DNA of 63,974 nucleotides, filler included, from Porpidia crustulata (GCA_964255105.1; 7 parts of 7 records of this genome joined end to end with filler, not necessarily neighbours in it); one strand, 5' to 3'. Shown: positions 26,293 to 40,446, counted from the whole stretch's first letter. Numbers and translations are program-made. The notes: generated by a model not told the origin, from the sequence alone.

Positions 26293-26974
26293 ATGATTGA
26301 TCTAATTCTCCCTCTTCGCGCTCTGCAATTCCTCTTCGCAATCATCGTCCTTGGTCTTACAGCATACGGTGAGTCTCCCAACAACCTGATTCCGAAAAAT
26401 ATGAATTAATTCGTTCTCCAAGTCGCAAATTGGTACGATGGCAACACCACCGCCAACTACTCCCCCGATAGCGTCTCCTTCCTCGTCTTCACCTCTGTCT
26501 GGACCATGATCGTCGCAGTCCCTTATCTGGCCCTCTCGCCCGTCTACTTCCCACGCTTCGCCCACAAATTCGCCATTTTGGGCCTCGATGCCCTGACCAT
26601 GCTGTTCTGGTTCGCCGGATTTATTGCACTGGCCGTATTCCACAGGAACTTGATACTCTGCTACGGGAACGTGTGCAATTGCATGGTGGCGGCCATCGTA
26701 TTTGGAGCTTTCGAGTGGTACGTTAATTCATTGTTCGAATTTGAAAAGGTCATGCGGACCAAATCTGAGGCGTCTGTAAAAAAGCCTCTGAAATAGCAGT
26801 GTAGAAGGCTGCCAGAGATGGACCAAAGCAGTTTTACTAACATCTTTGTCTTTTAGGATGCTCTTTACAGCCACCACCGTTCTAGGCGCGCTGCACGTCA
26901 TGCGCACCCGCAACACCAACAGCACCAAACCTGCACAAAACATGGAGGTCAACGGCAACCAAGTCGGAGTTTAA
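26293..26974 (+). CDS. MARVEL-domain four-TM membrane protein
   Basis: MIDLILPLRALQFLFAIIVLGLTAY|V...SPDSVSFLVFTSVW...LDALTMLFWFAGFIALA...AAIVFGAFEW|MLF. Two introns; stop at 26972-26974. Confidence 0.85.
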
Positions 26975-27409
26975 AATAGTTTATTCTGTTGCAGAAGTCA
27001 ACTCGTTTCAATGTGATGTTACAAGGATTAAGCAAGCGTTTCATTTTATGTCGTAATGCCGCGGATACCACTTTCCTGTCTTGAAGATTTCGACCATCTA
27101 GCAATAGTGTATATAAATATGCAATACCAGACCTCCTAGGGATTGAAAGGGAAACCCCGAATGATCGTCTCGTATATGCGTTAGGAAGTCATTGCAAAAG
27201 TCAACTGAACCCCTTTTTCGCTTTCTCTTCTCACAATCCCGGTACCCAATCCACTCCTTTCCACCCACGTCCTATCTGTTCCCTCTTTCCCTCTTCGAAA
27301 TCACCGTTCACACACCCATCAAACCTCCTCCCCCCGTCATCAAAAAAAAAAAAAAGAACCCCCAAATTTTCACTTGACCGTTCACCTCACACAACCCCCA
27401 CCTCACCTC

Positions 27410-27509
27410 NNNNNNNNNNNNNNNNNNNNNNNNNNNNNNNNNNNNNNNNNNNNTTAATTAATTAANNNNNNNNNNNNNNNNNNNNNNNNNNNNNNNNNNN
27501 NNNNNNNNN
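27410..27509. other. Artificial contig-joining spacer
   Basis: N44-TTAATTAATTAA-N44. Confidence 0.98.
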
Positions 27510-28768
27510 GTGTTTGTCAGAAGGCGTTGTGTGGCAAGGGACGGTCAGGGACGGTCCGAGACGGGCCTGGGGGAATTTGTCTGGATGTGAGCGGTCAATA
27601 CGAAAGGCGTGTATTGCCCCACTGGCGTGACGTGCAGGCTCTACGCCGTGTGCCTGGATGGGGGGCGCGCCATGCATCTTGTGTAGATGCTGCGATATCA
27701 ACCCGAAGGGAGTATGATGGATCGGGAATCTTTGGTCTTCATGATTATGTAGGGAAGAAAGTTTGTTCTGAACCGCAGGAAATTTGTTATGAGATTAGGC
27801 ATGCAAGTGCACGAGGTTTTTGCGGAGATTGGAGAAAATTCTGGAAGGTAGGCGTAGGTGGTTTTGGGGGCTGCTTTGGAGATAAGGTAAGCTAGGTGGA
27901 GAAGGTTGTTCTGACGTTTGCATGTGGTAATGGTAGATCAATGAAGTAGGGTCGTCCCGATTTGGAACGTTTGGCTGGAGAGTTAAATTTCGATTCTGTC
28001 TGGATTAGGTCATTTCGTCAAGATGCCCATGGCTAGCTGGGCCATTTGCTTAGGAGATCGCATGGGGGCAAATGTCCAATACTAACTTCATGTTGTTCAT
28101 CAGTCTTCCAGATGTGTGTATCGAGGACTATATGAACGTATTATAGGTTTATATTGTGTTAATTATATAGTTTGATACAGTCGTGCCTCCGGGATATATG
28201 AGGAAATGAGCAATGATGCCGAAATCGACACTGTGGCTCTTTGACACAATGAAAGGAACCGTAATACCCTATTCCATCGGCTAGGTTTGTTCTTCAAAGC
28301 CGGATCCTTCGTATTCGATGACCCCTTTTTTTTGACGGGAAAATTTCAATGCCATTACAAAAATTATGACAGGCCCCAAGTCGGGTATATGTATAGAAGA
28401 TCTATAATTGGTGACCAGAAAGTTCATGACAACGCTGAAAATGAAATGGCCAGATGAGTTAAACGCTATGAGAAAAATGTTCGCTTAATACGCCGGTTAC
28501 AATTATAGTTTTACATAGGTGGTGCGTGTAATCTTTATGGACGCCAATCGCAATCCAATAGCAACTGAATCGTTGACTTGTTGATTTGCCAATGCGAGTT
28601 ATCATATCGAGACTAGAAACCGTAGTCATTAATCGTAAGATGCTCGGTGGCGGGCTGGAGGGCCAGAACTTTTGGTGGAACAGAGTCATAGCTCAGGGAG
28701 ATGGCTCCGTTGAGTATATTAGACAGTCCCAGGCGTAATGTGATGGTTGATATACAGGGAGGGTATGA

Positions 28769-30953
28769 TCAGTTATCGGAAGGTGTAAAGTCTTTGGGGG
28801 TGGCATGATGGAAGACATATTCCTTCCGTGGCTGGGGCGATCCTTGGGGTTTAGGGCCGAGCTGAACGTTGATCTCGAGTGGCTTACAGACTGGTGAAGA
28901 ATTGCCATAAAGAGTGGGTTGGGAAAACCCGTTGGTTGGAGGGCTGGGTGCGAAATGATGAGACTCGGCCGGATAAGCTGTTGGAGAATCATAGTAGCCG
29001 TACTGGGGAACGAAAGCTGGATGTGGCACAGGTGGTTGACCGGCAATCGGATAGGTCTCCAACAACATTGATGGTGGGACCTGCCAACTTGGCGGGTTGT
29101 GACGTCCAGCTACCTCTGGGGGCGAATCACCGAAGAAAGCAGTGTGTTGTGGAGGTGCGGACTGGGGGGGCTGCTGAAAGACATTCTGAGCTGTTGGAAT
29201 GAACCGGTTGGAAAATATTTGCGAGAGGTTCCCTGAATTGAATGGTGTTATTGGAGGCGATGTAACATTCGCTCCATTACCGATATAGGTTGGAGTCGAG
29301 CTGTCTTGTGTTTGATCAAATGGATTTGACCAAGCCTCAGCGTGGTAGTCAGGCTTTTCAGCGTTTGTAGGAGATGGAGGTGTTGGTGGAGTGAATACAG
29401 CACCACACAATTCTGTAGTACTTGTATTTTGTCCCGTCGACGTTTGACTCTCTGGTTGTGCACTTGCCTCAAAACAGGCCTGAAAATTACGAGGTGACAT
29501 CTGAGCTGACATGAGACCTGACTTCTGGACTCGAGCGTTGATAACGTTCATGCTGAAAGGGGTAGATTTGATACGACGAACGGACTGTGATGGTCCAACA
29601 TTCAGCAATGGCATTTTCAGATTGGGTGACGTTGTTAGGGGTCCCGCATAAGATTGACTTCGATGCGCATCGGGTCTAAGAGCGGCTGGACGAGGACGTT
29701 TCCTTCTTGAGGCAATGTCAAGTCGTGGCGAGTCCTGTGAGCCGTTGCCTGATCCAAAGTGAGGGGTGGGTGATGTACCGATAGAGCCATCTGGAAATCT
29801 GGCGACTGCTGGTAAATCTGTTGCTACCATTTGTAGATGCTGTCCACCTTGCTGATGGAACATATCATCGTATAGACCTCGATTGGATTGCTGGCGTTGG
29901 AGGCGAATAGTGTCGAAGTTATGGGCCAAGTCAGAGGTTACGGATTCTCGGCGGTCAAGCGTATCCTGGGTCATAAATGGTAATGGAGACGTCTTTGGTG
30001 GAGGCGTCATGAAGTCATGCTGCTCACCATCAGAGGACGATGTAGTTGCGAATGTTTGATATGAAGGGTTCCCCACAAGATACCCATCTGCACAATTCTG
30101 ATACATGGACTGGGAACAAGTGTCGAGTGAGACTTGTGTGGCTGTAGGGTTTTCATCTTGAGCAGATGTAGCTGGACGTGAGTCTGTGGCCCATTGATGG
30201 ATGTCCCAGTCTTGTAATGCTGGCATAGACATGGCGGCAGTAGATCCTCTGAGATAGATCGGACCTGGTTCGGAAGGAAAACCGAAATTGTTCCCAGTAG
30301 TTTCGTGGCTAACGAAGTTGGGTGCGGAGTCCAGTACGGATTGGATCGAGTCGATACCAAAACCTTGCTGCGCTTTGATCCCGCCCAGATCGTTGGGAGC
30401 AGAATTCGACAAAAGATCACCTGAGGAAGATTGCTGAGCAAGGGGTCCAGGGAACCCGTACGTTGAGGCTTCTAGGAAATTTGGGTAGGACAAATCCGAC
30501 AGCGACCAGTGAGAAGATTGCTCTGCAGACACAACATTGAAACTTTGCTCTGGTCGGCCTTGATGTCTGGCTTTGGCGCGACGGTTCTGATACCAATTCT
30601 GCAAGCATGTCAGCCGAGGAACGATATCGAACGCGGAAAGTACCCACATTGACCCTTTGCAGTGAGAGCCCTATCTGCTGGGCTAGTTGCTTTTTGAAAT
30701 CAGTGTTTGGCTTATTCTTCCCTTTGAAATGCTTCTCTAGAATGGCGATTTGGTCCTGTGTAAGGCGTGGGCGACTGGACGTGTCCAGCTCTTCTGCCTC
30801 ATCTTGCGGCGACGTCGGATAACCTGGGCCGTTGATACTGGACCCATTATTGTAACTTTCCTGCCGGAGCATTGGGTGGGGTATCGGGTGTGTCGGAGTT
30901 GGTCCATGCATCACAGTCTCATGCTGAGGATAGAAGGGATTGGAATACTCCAT
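28769..30953 (-). CDS. Homeobox transcription factor (Htf1/Hbx1/Pah1-like developmental regulator)
   Basis: SRPRLTQDQIAILEKHF..KPNTDFKKQLAQQIGLSLQRVN|NWYQNRRAKARH (intron 30647-30599), conserved DIASRRKRPRPAAL and RRIKS blocks, long S/P/Q-rich tail. Confidence 0.88.
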
Positions 30954-33900
30954 TGCGATTTACAGTCGAGAAGCTTTTTTCTCACTCCAAATCAGTAAAT
31001 TAGCGGGCAATGGTATGCCGTGGTTGAGCTGAGGTCGTATATTTAATTCTGTAGGAAGATGAAGAAAGATGGTGTAATGCTCGAGAAGCTTCGTCTTTCC
31101 AATTTCGAAAATGACCCGTTAATACCCAATTGGCCCCAGTTCATAATCAAATATTGAATTCCTGGCCCAATAATTCAATTAGACCGGCAGGAAGTTGAAG
31201 GGCGGTAGATGGATGTAGTGACTGGAGGGACTGGGGAACCCAAACGGCTTCAGCGAGAGTGGTGAGTTTCTGAATTATAGCTTAACGGTGTCAACGAGTG
31301 TCGTAGCTAAACGCTGACTGGAATTTTGGAAGAGATTCCAAAGATGGGCAACATAAGATGTGAAGTAGTAAGGTGAAGGATGGGCGGCTCTGGTCTTGAA
31401 TAATTAGGTACTGACAGCTCGCCTAGTCATAAAAGCGCATTTGGTGCCATGCCATGGAGGGTGCCAAGAAGCGTGTACGTCTCGTGCATCCAGTTGGAAG
31501 GAAAAGAACGAGGAGCGAGTGGGTGGCGCAAGAGACAGCGACTCTCGTGTTACGGCCGGCTTCTCAACCAACCGCCGAGAAGTCCCAGCTGCAGGAGTAG
31601 CAATGCGGGTGGAGGATGGTCGATGGAGGTATGTACTTGACCAAGTCCACTTGTCCAGGTATTTCGTAGGTAGCCTGCAGTGTGCAGAAGCGAACCACAA
31701 CCTTGGAACGTCGGGCCCAAACCAGTACCCGTAGCTAGCAGTAGTAGTAGAGGGGTGTGGTGTTTATCTCTCCCGGGCTTGTGCTAACGACGCTGCTCAT
31801 TTCCACGACGATAATCATTCCTTACCAGACAGCAGCTGATGTAGCATCCACAATCGTCAGTCCTGACCGGAATGGTCGAGGATTGTTATCTTTGCCAGTC
31901 ATTCTGATATTAGGTATCATCAAAGTCTACAACCGGAGTATTGTGAACACACTGCCACACGGGAAACCCAAGAGCTCCACCATTCTACCACTCTACCTAG
32001 ACACTGTGACCCAGACACCCTAGGGTACTGACGTCGGTATAATTTGCTAGCGTTCATTACTAGCGGACGGTTATAGGGATAAGGGATCAGGGGGGCAATA
32101 AGCACCATTGTACCAGAAGGTTTGAGTGGTTTGAGTAGTCTGATCACCGTCTAGGAGTCAGTCTCTCATGTTCTGACTAGCTGCCTGCAGCGCAGTCCTT
32201 CCCCCCCGAACGATCCCCCTTGTTGGTCATCGCTCGACTTGTGATTTGTGCAATGGATGCTTTTGGCTACAATGGACGACGTTAGGCGCGGGTGATCTCC
32301 ACTAAGCACGACAAGGTGATGACATTGGCCTGCGACTAGCTTTCGTGCACCCATGTTGTCCTTTTATTTTTACGCACTTACACCCCAGCATTGTGAATTG
32401 CAGTGGAAACCTGGACCCTGTCGCTCAGATCTGAGATCTGTATGGCCCTTGGCTGACCATAGGGGAAGAGAACCGACTAGATAAAGAGTGACGGAGATAG
32501 AGACAGGAGAGCGAAGAGCCAGAATTCTATGCGCGCACAAAAATTTCTAGCTTATCCTCTCAAAAGACTTTGCCCCCGCACAAGCGACTAGATATAGACA
32601 CACCGATACCTGCTAGAGCTGTGCCGTGGACGCACTCACTTCAGGGCTAGAATGTGCTGTGCTATTAAGAGACACGATTCCTGCAGCTGCTGCAGAAAGC
32701 ATGTGGTCGTGGGGAATTATGGTTTGCTGGTGATGCGATGGTGATCCAGGCACAACCCATGACAGGGGCAAGGAATCAAATCCAAATCATCGCGGGTGCG
32801 AGATAACACGCTCTCGAACTCCCCGACATCCTTTTGTGCAAGGATTCCAAATTCCAACCTGGAGTGCTCGCACAGAGCAAGTATCTAAGGTCTATGCATT
32901 CGACTGCCGGCATGCGCTCGCTGGTTTCCAATGCCCTCCACAAACATACTTTCGTACAGCTGCAAAGGTAAACACTATGACAAACTTCTTTTGCTTGAGA
33001 GCTCATGATTCTCCCTGAATAAGTTCTCCACCAGTGCAAAAGGCCATCTGCAGAAAAGATTGCGAAGTCGCAAAGCAAGGCTTTCGGAAGAGATCCTGTT
33101 TATTCAGAAGAAACCTAGACCTCACATCTGGCGACACAAGCGCAAATGTTCGTTGTGGGGTGCTGATCGAGGGAGAAAAGTAGTCTTTCCCTCATCATCG
33201 CTTTAGCCAATAAGCGCAGTACCGACACACAGGTCATCTTCATGCGCATATCCGACAGGTCGGACTGTCGTGTTCCTCAGCCTCGCACAAACTGTCCACT
33301 GCAAGCCACAACCCACAGGTGCGCTCAACATGAGTACCTTGGGACTCGGAGTTGAGAGTAGAACTCCAAAGTCACTGTCGGATGCATCATAATCCGAGAT
33401 GGCAGAGAGGAAGAGGGGGAGCTGCAAACATGCTTCTTAGCCGTTTTACTACGTTTACCTATCATCTGTTGGCACGTTATGTGTCAAGTACCGTCCAGAG
33501 AGCTAGAGTACTCCATACATTCCGGGTCTTCCCACGCAAGGTACCTCAAGCCTCAAGGCTTCCGTCTCTCAACTATGAGATAAGCTTCGGAAGCCGACGC
33601 CTAGCATCGACTTCTCAGCTCCCATGGTCCTTGATTCTCCAGCGCCATCGTGTCCCTTGCACCGCTTGCTTTCTTTCCGGTCTTAGTGTTAGAATGCTGG
33701 TCGTTTCCGTCATATCGTGCTGTCCTGCCTGATTCTTGCCTTATCTCTTTGTGCGCAAAGTGGAAGTATGCCGAAGACACGCAGAATGGCGATGCCGCGA
33801 TTGGCTCATCCGTATGCGCCCTCTACCCACTTTCTTACTGTAAACGGTAACCCCACCTGACGGTCTAACCCCGTTCGAGCCAAGACAACAGCCGAATCCA

Positions 33901-34141
33901 GGCCAAACGCAAAATCACCGAATCGACTTAACCTAGTTAGTGTACAACTCAGGGGCTAGAAGCCTAGATTGAGTGGAGAATCTTGAAGATCCGAAAGGCT
34001 TCGAACATCTCCCGGTGTTGATCCGACCTTGTGACGATAGCTCGCTGTGGATTCCCCACGTACGCGATGAACAGGGTGACAGGGTACCAGAATGGCAGGT
34101 TCTGTTTCAATTGTGCCTAAAGCTACAGAGTCATGTACTAC

Positions 34142-35004
34142 TCATGGTCCTGGCTCCAATGTATTACAAATCTGTATCTCGATATCTCCAGTTTCCGCAT
34201 CTCTACCGATATACTTCACGTCTCGAAGATCTTTGATGATCCAATCCGCACCCGCAGATCTTAGTTGCTGGACGTTGTGTGTGGTTGCTAATGCAATGAC
34301 CTCGCAGCTCGCAGCCTTGGCTGCTCGAACACCGGCAGGGGCATCTTCTACCACTAAAACCTTCCTCTCGGCAGTGATGAGGCCAAGCCGAGCTTTTCCG
34401 AGTAGGTAGCACTCAGGAGCGGGTTTCCCAGTGTTCACGTCTTCCGCAACAACCAAGTTGCGCGGTTGGGGTAGTTTCATTACATCTAACCAACCTGATA
34501 CGAGAGCGCGCGTTCCTGATGTCACGATCGCCCACGGTGCATTAATATCCTCGAGGGAAGCAAGCAGCGTCCTTGCGCCAGGTACTTCGAGCGCATCTGC
34601 GCCATATTCTATGGGAATTAGACCTTCGATATGGCTCACGTCTGGTCATGCGTCAGTTTAGCAAGGGCATGATATAATAAACCTAGGATTGTAGGACACC
34701 GACATTCCCAGGTAGCTTTGCTCGGATCATACTCTCTGATGGTGTCTATAGACCTCCTGCCGTGCGCAGATGCCAGAATCACGTCCGGATCAACGCCTAA
34801 TTCTTTGCCGATTCTGGAGATCATGAGATGTCATTGCACATGATAGGTTCGGACAGCGGACGCTCGTGTGACTGACTTATCCCAATGCTTAACGATTGCA
34901 TCCGTCGAATCAATGATTGTTCCATCCATATCGAAAAGGATTGCAGCAAATGAATGCGTCTTGCTGGGTCCTGTGAAGATCATACTCTCGGCGGGTTGAG
35001 ACAT
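34142..35004 (-). CDS. HAD-family glycerol-3-phosphatase/2-deoxyglucose-6-phosphatase-like protein (GPP/DOG family)
   Basis: AILFDMDGTIIDSTDAIVKHW, SAHGRRSIDT, WAIVTSGT, GKPAPECY, VVEDAPAG. Two introns. Confidence 0.88.
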
Positions 35005-35551
35005 GTTGAAGATTCCACAATGGTTTTAGTTTTCCTACAACGACAGTATTCAATCATGTGAAGTACGATCTAGAGGAGATCACGCGACTGAGAGAAAACG
35101 CAGACGCTCCCGATGGCAATTGGCCTACTCTGTCCATACAGATCTGAATTGCGATGATATTTTGAAGCAGTGGTGCTTCCAGGACGCGTGGAGTAGTCAG
35201 ACAAAAACTGAGTACTTACAGCTGGAAGCCGATACTGAATTCGCTTGGTCAAGGCTCTAGTCTGGCGATGTTCTGTTCAATCAGAGATTATCTTGGTTAA
35301 TTCAAATAGAAAAGCTTCTGGAGTAGGGACAGATGAACAGGCAGAGCGAGATACGACGGGGAAGGGCATTCTATTTGAAATAAGTATTAGGAGCGCTAGG
35401 CTCGCTAGATACCTGTTATTATTTGATACTGAGCACAACATGATATCGATCTTTGACTTACTCGAATTGGGCCTAGTGTGTAAAGTCTGGTGTCCACAAA
35501 CTTTTCAATTTTGATGTCGCGGATGACCTACGCAACGTCTGTCCATCAGCC

Positions 35552-36554
35552 ATGCCTAACAAACCCGGAAGTGAGTCAGAATCTCCACTCAAACTCCCAC
35601 TACTTACTGAATTCCTTATAAGAACCCAAGTCCAAACGGACTCCCGTTCGATTGCGTCAGAAGATCGTGAAAGCTAGTGCTGCGAAACAACGTAAGCAGC
35701 GGAAGCTTGCGAAGAACGTATTGGGCTCCCAAGGCTTCGCTACAAGGCCATAGCTGACAGATAAATACAGAATCCAGAGTGGCGGTCGCGGCTCAAGAAG
35801 GATCCTGGCATTCCCAACCTTTTTCCTTATAAAGATAGAATACTCCATGAGATTGAAGAGAAGAAGCATCTAAAAGATGCGGAAAATATTAGGAGGAGGG
35901 AAGCAGCGAGAGCAACCAACTTAGTACAGCCGGCGGATATTGATATTCCTGATGCAGAAGATACTAGCAGTGACAATGAATCCCATGACGAAGAGCAAAT
36001 GGAGGAAGATTCCCTACAAAGCGGCTCAAACCCGATGAGCGCCCTTTTGGAGTCTGCAAAGGCTCGTGCAGCTGAGTTCGAGGAGGTGTCAGACGACCAA
36101 GAAGCCGACATGGACGAAGATGTTTCAGAGGGAGGCATCGAATTCAGCTCAGGTATCTCCCACACAACCTCTGCTCCCCAAACTCAAGAATCCTCCCGCC
36201 ATGCCTATGACAAAATCTTCAAAGATGTTCTCTCCTCAGCCGATATCCTACTTTATGTCCTTGATGCTCGCGATCCCAATGGAACTCGCTCCCGGGAAAT
36301 CGAGCGCCAGATCGTGGCTGCCGATGCCGGCTCGAAACGCCTGATTCTCATTCTCAACAAGATCGACCTCGTCCCCCCCTCGGTCCTTAAATCATGGCTC
36401 ACATACTTACGAAGATCTTTCCCTACCCTTCCCCTTCGAGCAAGCGGCCCTCCCCCCAACGCCCGTACCTTTGATCATAAGTACCACAACGTAAAGGCAA
36501 CTTACGAAAATATCCTCCGCCCTTTTAAAACATAAGCCCAGAACAAGAACCAGA
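35552..36554 (+). CDS. NUG1: Nucleolar GTPase NUG1/Grn1 (GNL3 family), 5' part truncated by the contig end
   Basis: KSKRTPVRLRQKI...SRLKKDPGIPNLFPYK N-domain, DILLYVLDARDP, LILNKIDL. The Walker A (G1) region is not reached before the gap. Confidence 0.88.
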
Positions 36555-36654
36555 NNNNNNNNNNNNNNNNNNNNNNNNNNNNNNNNNNNNNNNNNNNNTT
36601 AATTAATTAANNNNNNNNNNNNNNNNNNNNNNNNNNNNNNNNNNNNNNNNNNNN
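36555..36654. other. Artificial contig-joining spacer
   Basis: N44-TTAATTAATTAA-N44. Confidence 0.98.
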
Positions 36655-36750
36655 GTTCTGGGCGGGCATGTCGGGGTTCAGGGACATGCGCGTGGAGGTG
36701 GTGAAGGGGCGAAAGAGGCGGGTGAGGAAGTTGGGCATGGTGGAGGCCAT
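36655..36750 (-). CDS. N-terminal fragment with a mitochondrial-presequence-like character, possibly peptide methionine sulfoxide reductase MsrA
   Basis: MASTMPNFLTRLFRPFTTSTRMSLNPDMPAQN resembles N-termini of filamentous-fungal MsrA as I recall them. The catalytic GCFWG is not in view. TATA box near 36885. Confidence 0.4.
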
Positions 36751-37300
36751 GATGATGGCGAGGATTGAGAGGATGAGGGTGGTGGGGGAGAGCTTCAGGT
36801 TGATAGTGTTCAATTTTGCGGTGGCTTTGGTCAGAAGCAAGTAATTGTAAAGGAGTAAAGGTCCTCGGCGTTTGATGCTGGTAAATATATATAATTCGAT
36901 TGACGTCAAGGGTGCACGCTACCTAATCGATAACGGCACGGATGACAAATCTGATGGTGGCGAAGAAGGCCTCTCAGCCACTGATGATTAGGATTCATTT
37001 GGAATAATTGCCTATTGCGTTGATATCATATCGCGCATTGGTGCGAGATTTTGAAGATCGTAATTACTTCATCTGATAACTCCAATATGAAATGCAAAGA
37101 TATAGGTCTTGGCTGTATCTTTCCCAAAGCATCAGCACGGAAGAATGCTATTGTACAACTCATGTTTTCAGCAGAAAATCCAATTGAAAAAGACTTTGCC
37201 TTCTGCGAAGTCTGCCATTAATTTGACGAACGCCGTGCAATGCCATACCCCAAGAGAAGTGTTAATAGAACAAAAAGGATGCTTCATCGCACATGATTCC

Positions 37301-40300
37301 TCATCTCCACGTTGCTTTCCCACCCACCATCAGGCTTCCCCTTGAACTGCCACCGCTACCAGTGACAGCAGTACTCAGCCTTACAGCCTCTCTACCTGCC
37401 ATGCCGGTCATGTCTTTTGGCCCCAAGCTGACATCTCTCGGCCTCCCCTCGCCTAGGGTTGTCCTCCGCTGGCCGGCGGTCTTGACCACCGGCGCGGTAC
37501 GTGGGCTGAGAACATTGACTTTCCAGTCGTTCTCCTTGTCGCTTTTCACCATTCGCCGTGCGTGCGAGGCAGTAAACATGGTACTCTCGTTCGGCGGGCT
37601 TCCTGACGAAGTTGCTGTAGGGCTCCGATTGCGCCGTTGGCGGTTGACAGGATAGGTGGAAGTCGGAGCGTATGAAGCTCGCTTCACTACTGCCTTGATA
37701 TGCATAGCATCGTCTTTGTTCGCCCTCCATTGGTCATCCGCCTCAGAGCCAGAGTTGTTGGTGCTTTCGTTTGGCGTGATATTTCCACCAATGTTCTCGA
37801 CGTGTTGTAGGGATGATCGATTGGCAGCTTTACTTGGTTCGAGGTCTCGTAGTGGTGAGTGGTCTGAATCGGAAGAAAAGTTGGTAAGTGTTGGTGGTAA
37901 CGGCGAGCCATCAGTTTTCTTCGCTAGAAACCCAGGTTTGAAACGGTTATGCTTAGGCAATGCGTCTCTTGAAGGCATAGGTGGAGGAGGAATGGGAGAG
38001 GAACTAGTGGTGTCGAGGTTGATATTCGACAGAGTGTTTGCTGCCGCCGATGACTCGACCATAGACAGTGCTGGCACAGATTCCGTAGCCGACGAGTCAG
38101 GCGTAAGATCCTTACGTTGTGGAGTCTTCTCAAATTCCGCTAGGGTACCCTCTTCTGTATCATCTCGCCACCTTACGCCCCTCTTCATTCCTTTCACTGG
38201 AGATTTCTTCTTCGGAGTGAACGAAACGCCTTTCTTTGCGCCGCCCATTTTCCGGCGTTTTGGCGACGCTCGCACTGGAGAGGCAGTCAGATGTGGTGCA
38301 GTTGCAAATGAAGGTGGCAGTGCATTCTTGAGTGGTGTTCCTCCTACAAAAGCTGCCTGCTTCTTTCGCTTTGGCGTTCCGGTCTTGGTTGGTGGAAAGG
38401 CTTCCGTTGGCATCAAGCTACCATCGGGCTTGACAACATGAGATGTCACACTTCCGCAAGATTTTAATATCTTGCCTAGGATTTTCTTTGCAGTCGCGAC
38501 AGCCTCGCCTTCGTCCAGGCTCAGAATATTTTGAATTGCAGCCATGGTCTCGAAATGTGTCTGAAGCAAGACCTGTACCATGCCCGCGTCGCTGCCTTTC
38601 TCCTCTTCTGCCACAGCAAGCAAAGCCTCCCGATCCGCATTTACCTTCAAGAGCTCCGCTTCCCTGTTCAAAGCAACAGCATCTTGACCCTCAACACTTG
38701 CGTCCACCTCTTTAAGTTGTTTGAGACTATTCTGCAATGCCGAATCGACGGCACGCTCCCAATTACTCTTAACCAGACGCTGGTGGTAGTGGTGCCTGCT
38801 GCTCTCAAATTCCAATAAGATCCCCTGGGCTGTTTTACGCATTGTGGAGAGATTCGTAAGTGCGTCCTCATCCTCAGCATTATCGCAAACCTGGTCGAAA
38901 GCTGCGACCCAAGAAGAGATCATCGATATGCGCCGCTCAATTTGTCGCAGCCTCTTCATGTTGTTGGCTTTTTCGAGTCGTTCTTTTTCGGAGTGGTCAT
39001 AAGCATTACGAATCCTCACGACTCCTTCCTTCACAATTGTCTCACGCTTCTCGTACTGCTTTCGGAATTTCGCAAATGCAAACCCTTCGTTGTCTTTCTG
39101 TTGCTGCCTTAATTCGTTGATCAGTGCCATCTGTTCGTCAATTTTGACTAGGAAATCCTTGACGTGCCGATTGACGTTGTAGACATTTCTGGTGACCTTT
39201 GTCTGGATGTTCTTTGCTCGATTTGCATATCGCAGTGTGTTCTGAGTCTCATCAAAATGCTGACTGGATGGGCTTACGCATACAATCATCACAGTCTTGC
39301 AATTCCCACCAAGGGAAAACTTGAGCAACCGAGTGAGTTTGGAGTTACGGTATGGTATGTGGTTCTTCTTTCGCGGGTCGCAAAGAGCGTTGATGCAACT
39401 CCCCAAAGCAAGTAGCGACTTGTTAATGTTTGCTCCTTCAGTCAGCCTCTCGCCTCTATTTTTTGTCGCACTTGCCCGTTCACTACCTGCCAGGTCGATT
39501 ATGCTCAGCGTTGCCATTGTGTGTGGCTCGTCGATATCCGCGTTTCGGTCCTTTTGGGCAACATTGATCTGGAGCACAGCATGCGATCGAGACGAAGTGG
39601 CGTTTGCTTCGGTTGGTGACATGGTTCGGTACTCATTCCCTCTCACAATCATGTCCATGACTTCTTGGACGTTTTGGGGGTGATGGCTTGACAGACCAGC
39701 CACAGAAACAGCCTGATTGGCATCTTCCCGCAACATTAAACCAGCCTTACTTCCTCCAGGTACCAAGAGATCTCTGATGGTTTCGTTATAGATCTCCAAG
39801 TACGATAGCGAGACCTCAGTCACTTTATCTTCTGTCCGCTCCGAGATTCGTTCGAACAGCTCCTGCATAGTCAGAAATATCACTCCGGGTTGCTGCACCG
39901 TTCCAGTGATGGTATGTGTCTTTCCACATCCTGTCGCTCCGTAGGCGAATACTGTTGCGTTGTAGCCATCCAAAACACTGTCCAGCAGGTTCCTCGTTGT
40001 TGCTTCGTACACCTCGGCCTGCGTCGTGTTTTCGTCGAAGACCCGGTCAAAGCCAAACGTTTGATCTTTCGAGCGTCTGCCGGTGGGCCCCGTCCGGTTC
40101 GATATCCGCTGTATCGCATGTTCTTCTGGAGGATCGAAGACCCTGAATTGGGTTCAGTGAAGGATTTGACACGTTAAGGGGGATGGTCTTACAAGCACAT
40201 ATCGTCGATCACTTTCAGTACAGGTCGAATCCCCTTTTGCGCAAGTTTGGGCGCTGGAACTCCAGCAAGAGAACCATCCCCGAGGAACAGAGGCCCATCC

Positions 40301-40446
40301 GGTATGTGCGTCAGTTGCGCCGCCTCTCGCACCTGGTCAAGTTCAGCATCACGCAACTCGTCATTTAATTATCGAGATCCACTCACCGTAAAAGGGCGAA
40401 CTCGGATCGCTACACTTATGGAAGAGGCTCCATCAGACGCGGCCAT
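37301..40446 (-). CDS. KIP3: Kinesin-8 motor (Kip3/KipB/Klp5-6 family)
   Basis: SSISVAIRVRPFT, FGFDRVFD, P-loop AYGATGCGKT, NATSSRSHA, IDLAGSER, HIPYRNSKLTRLL. Two 5' introns. Confidence 0.93.

Noticed and set aside
27510..27895. 122-aa ORF at a contig start
   Set aside because: No identifiable family or ATG context. It may be a 3' gene fragment but cannot be assigned.
37656..38441. 261-aa antisense ORF within kinesin-8
   Set aside because: Shadow ORF in register with the sense codons, with no protein features.
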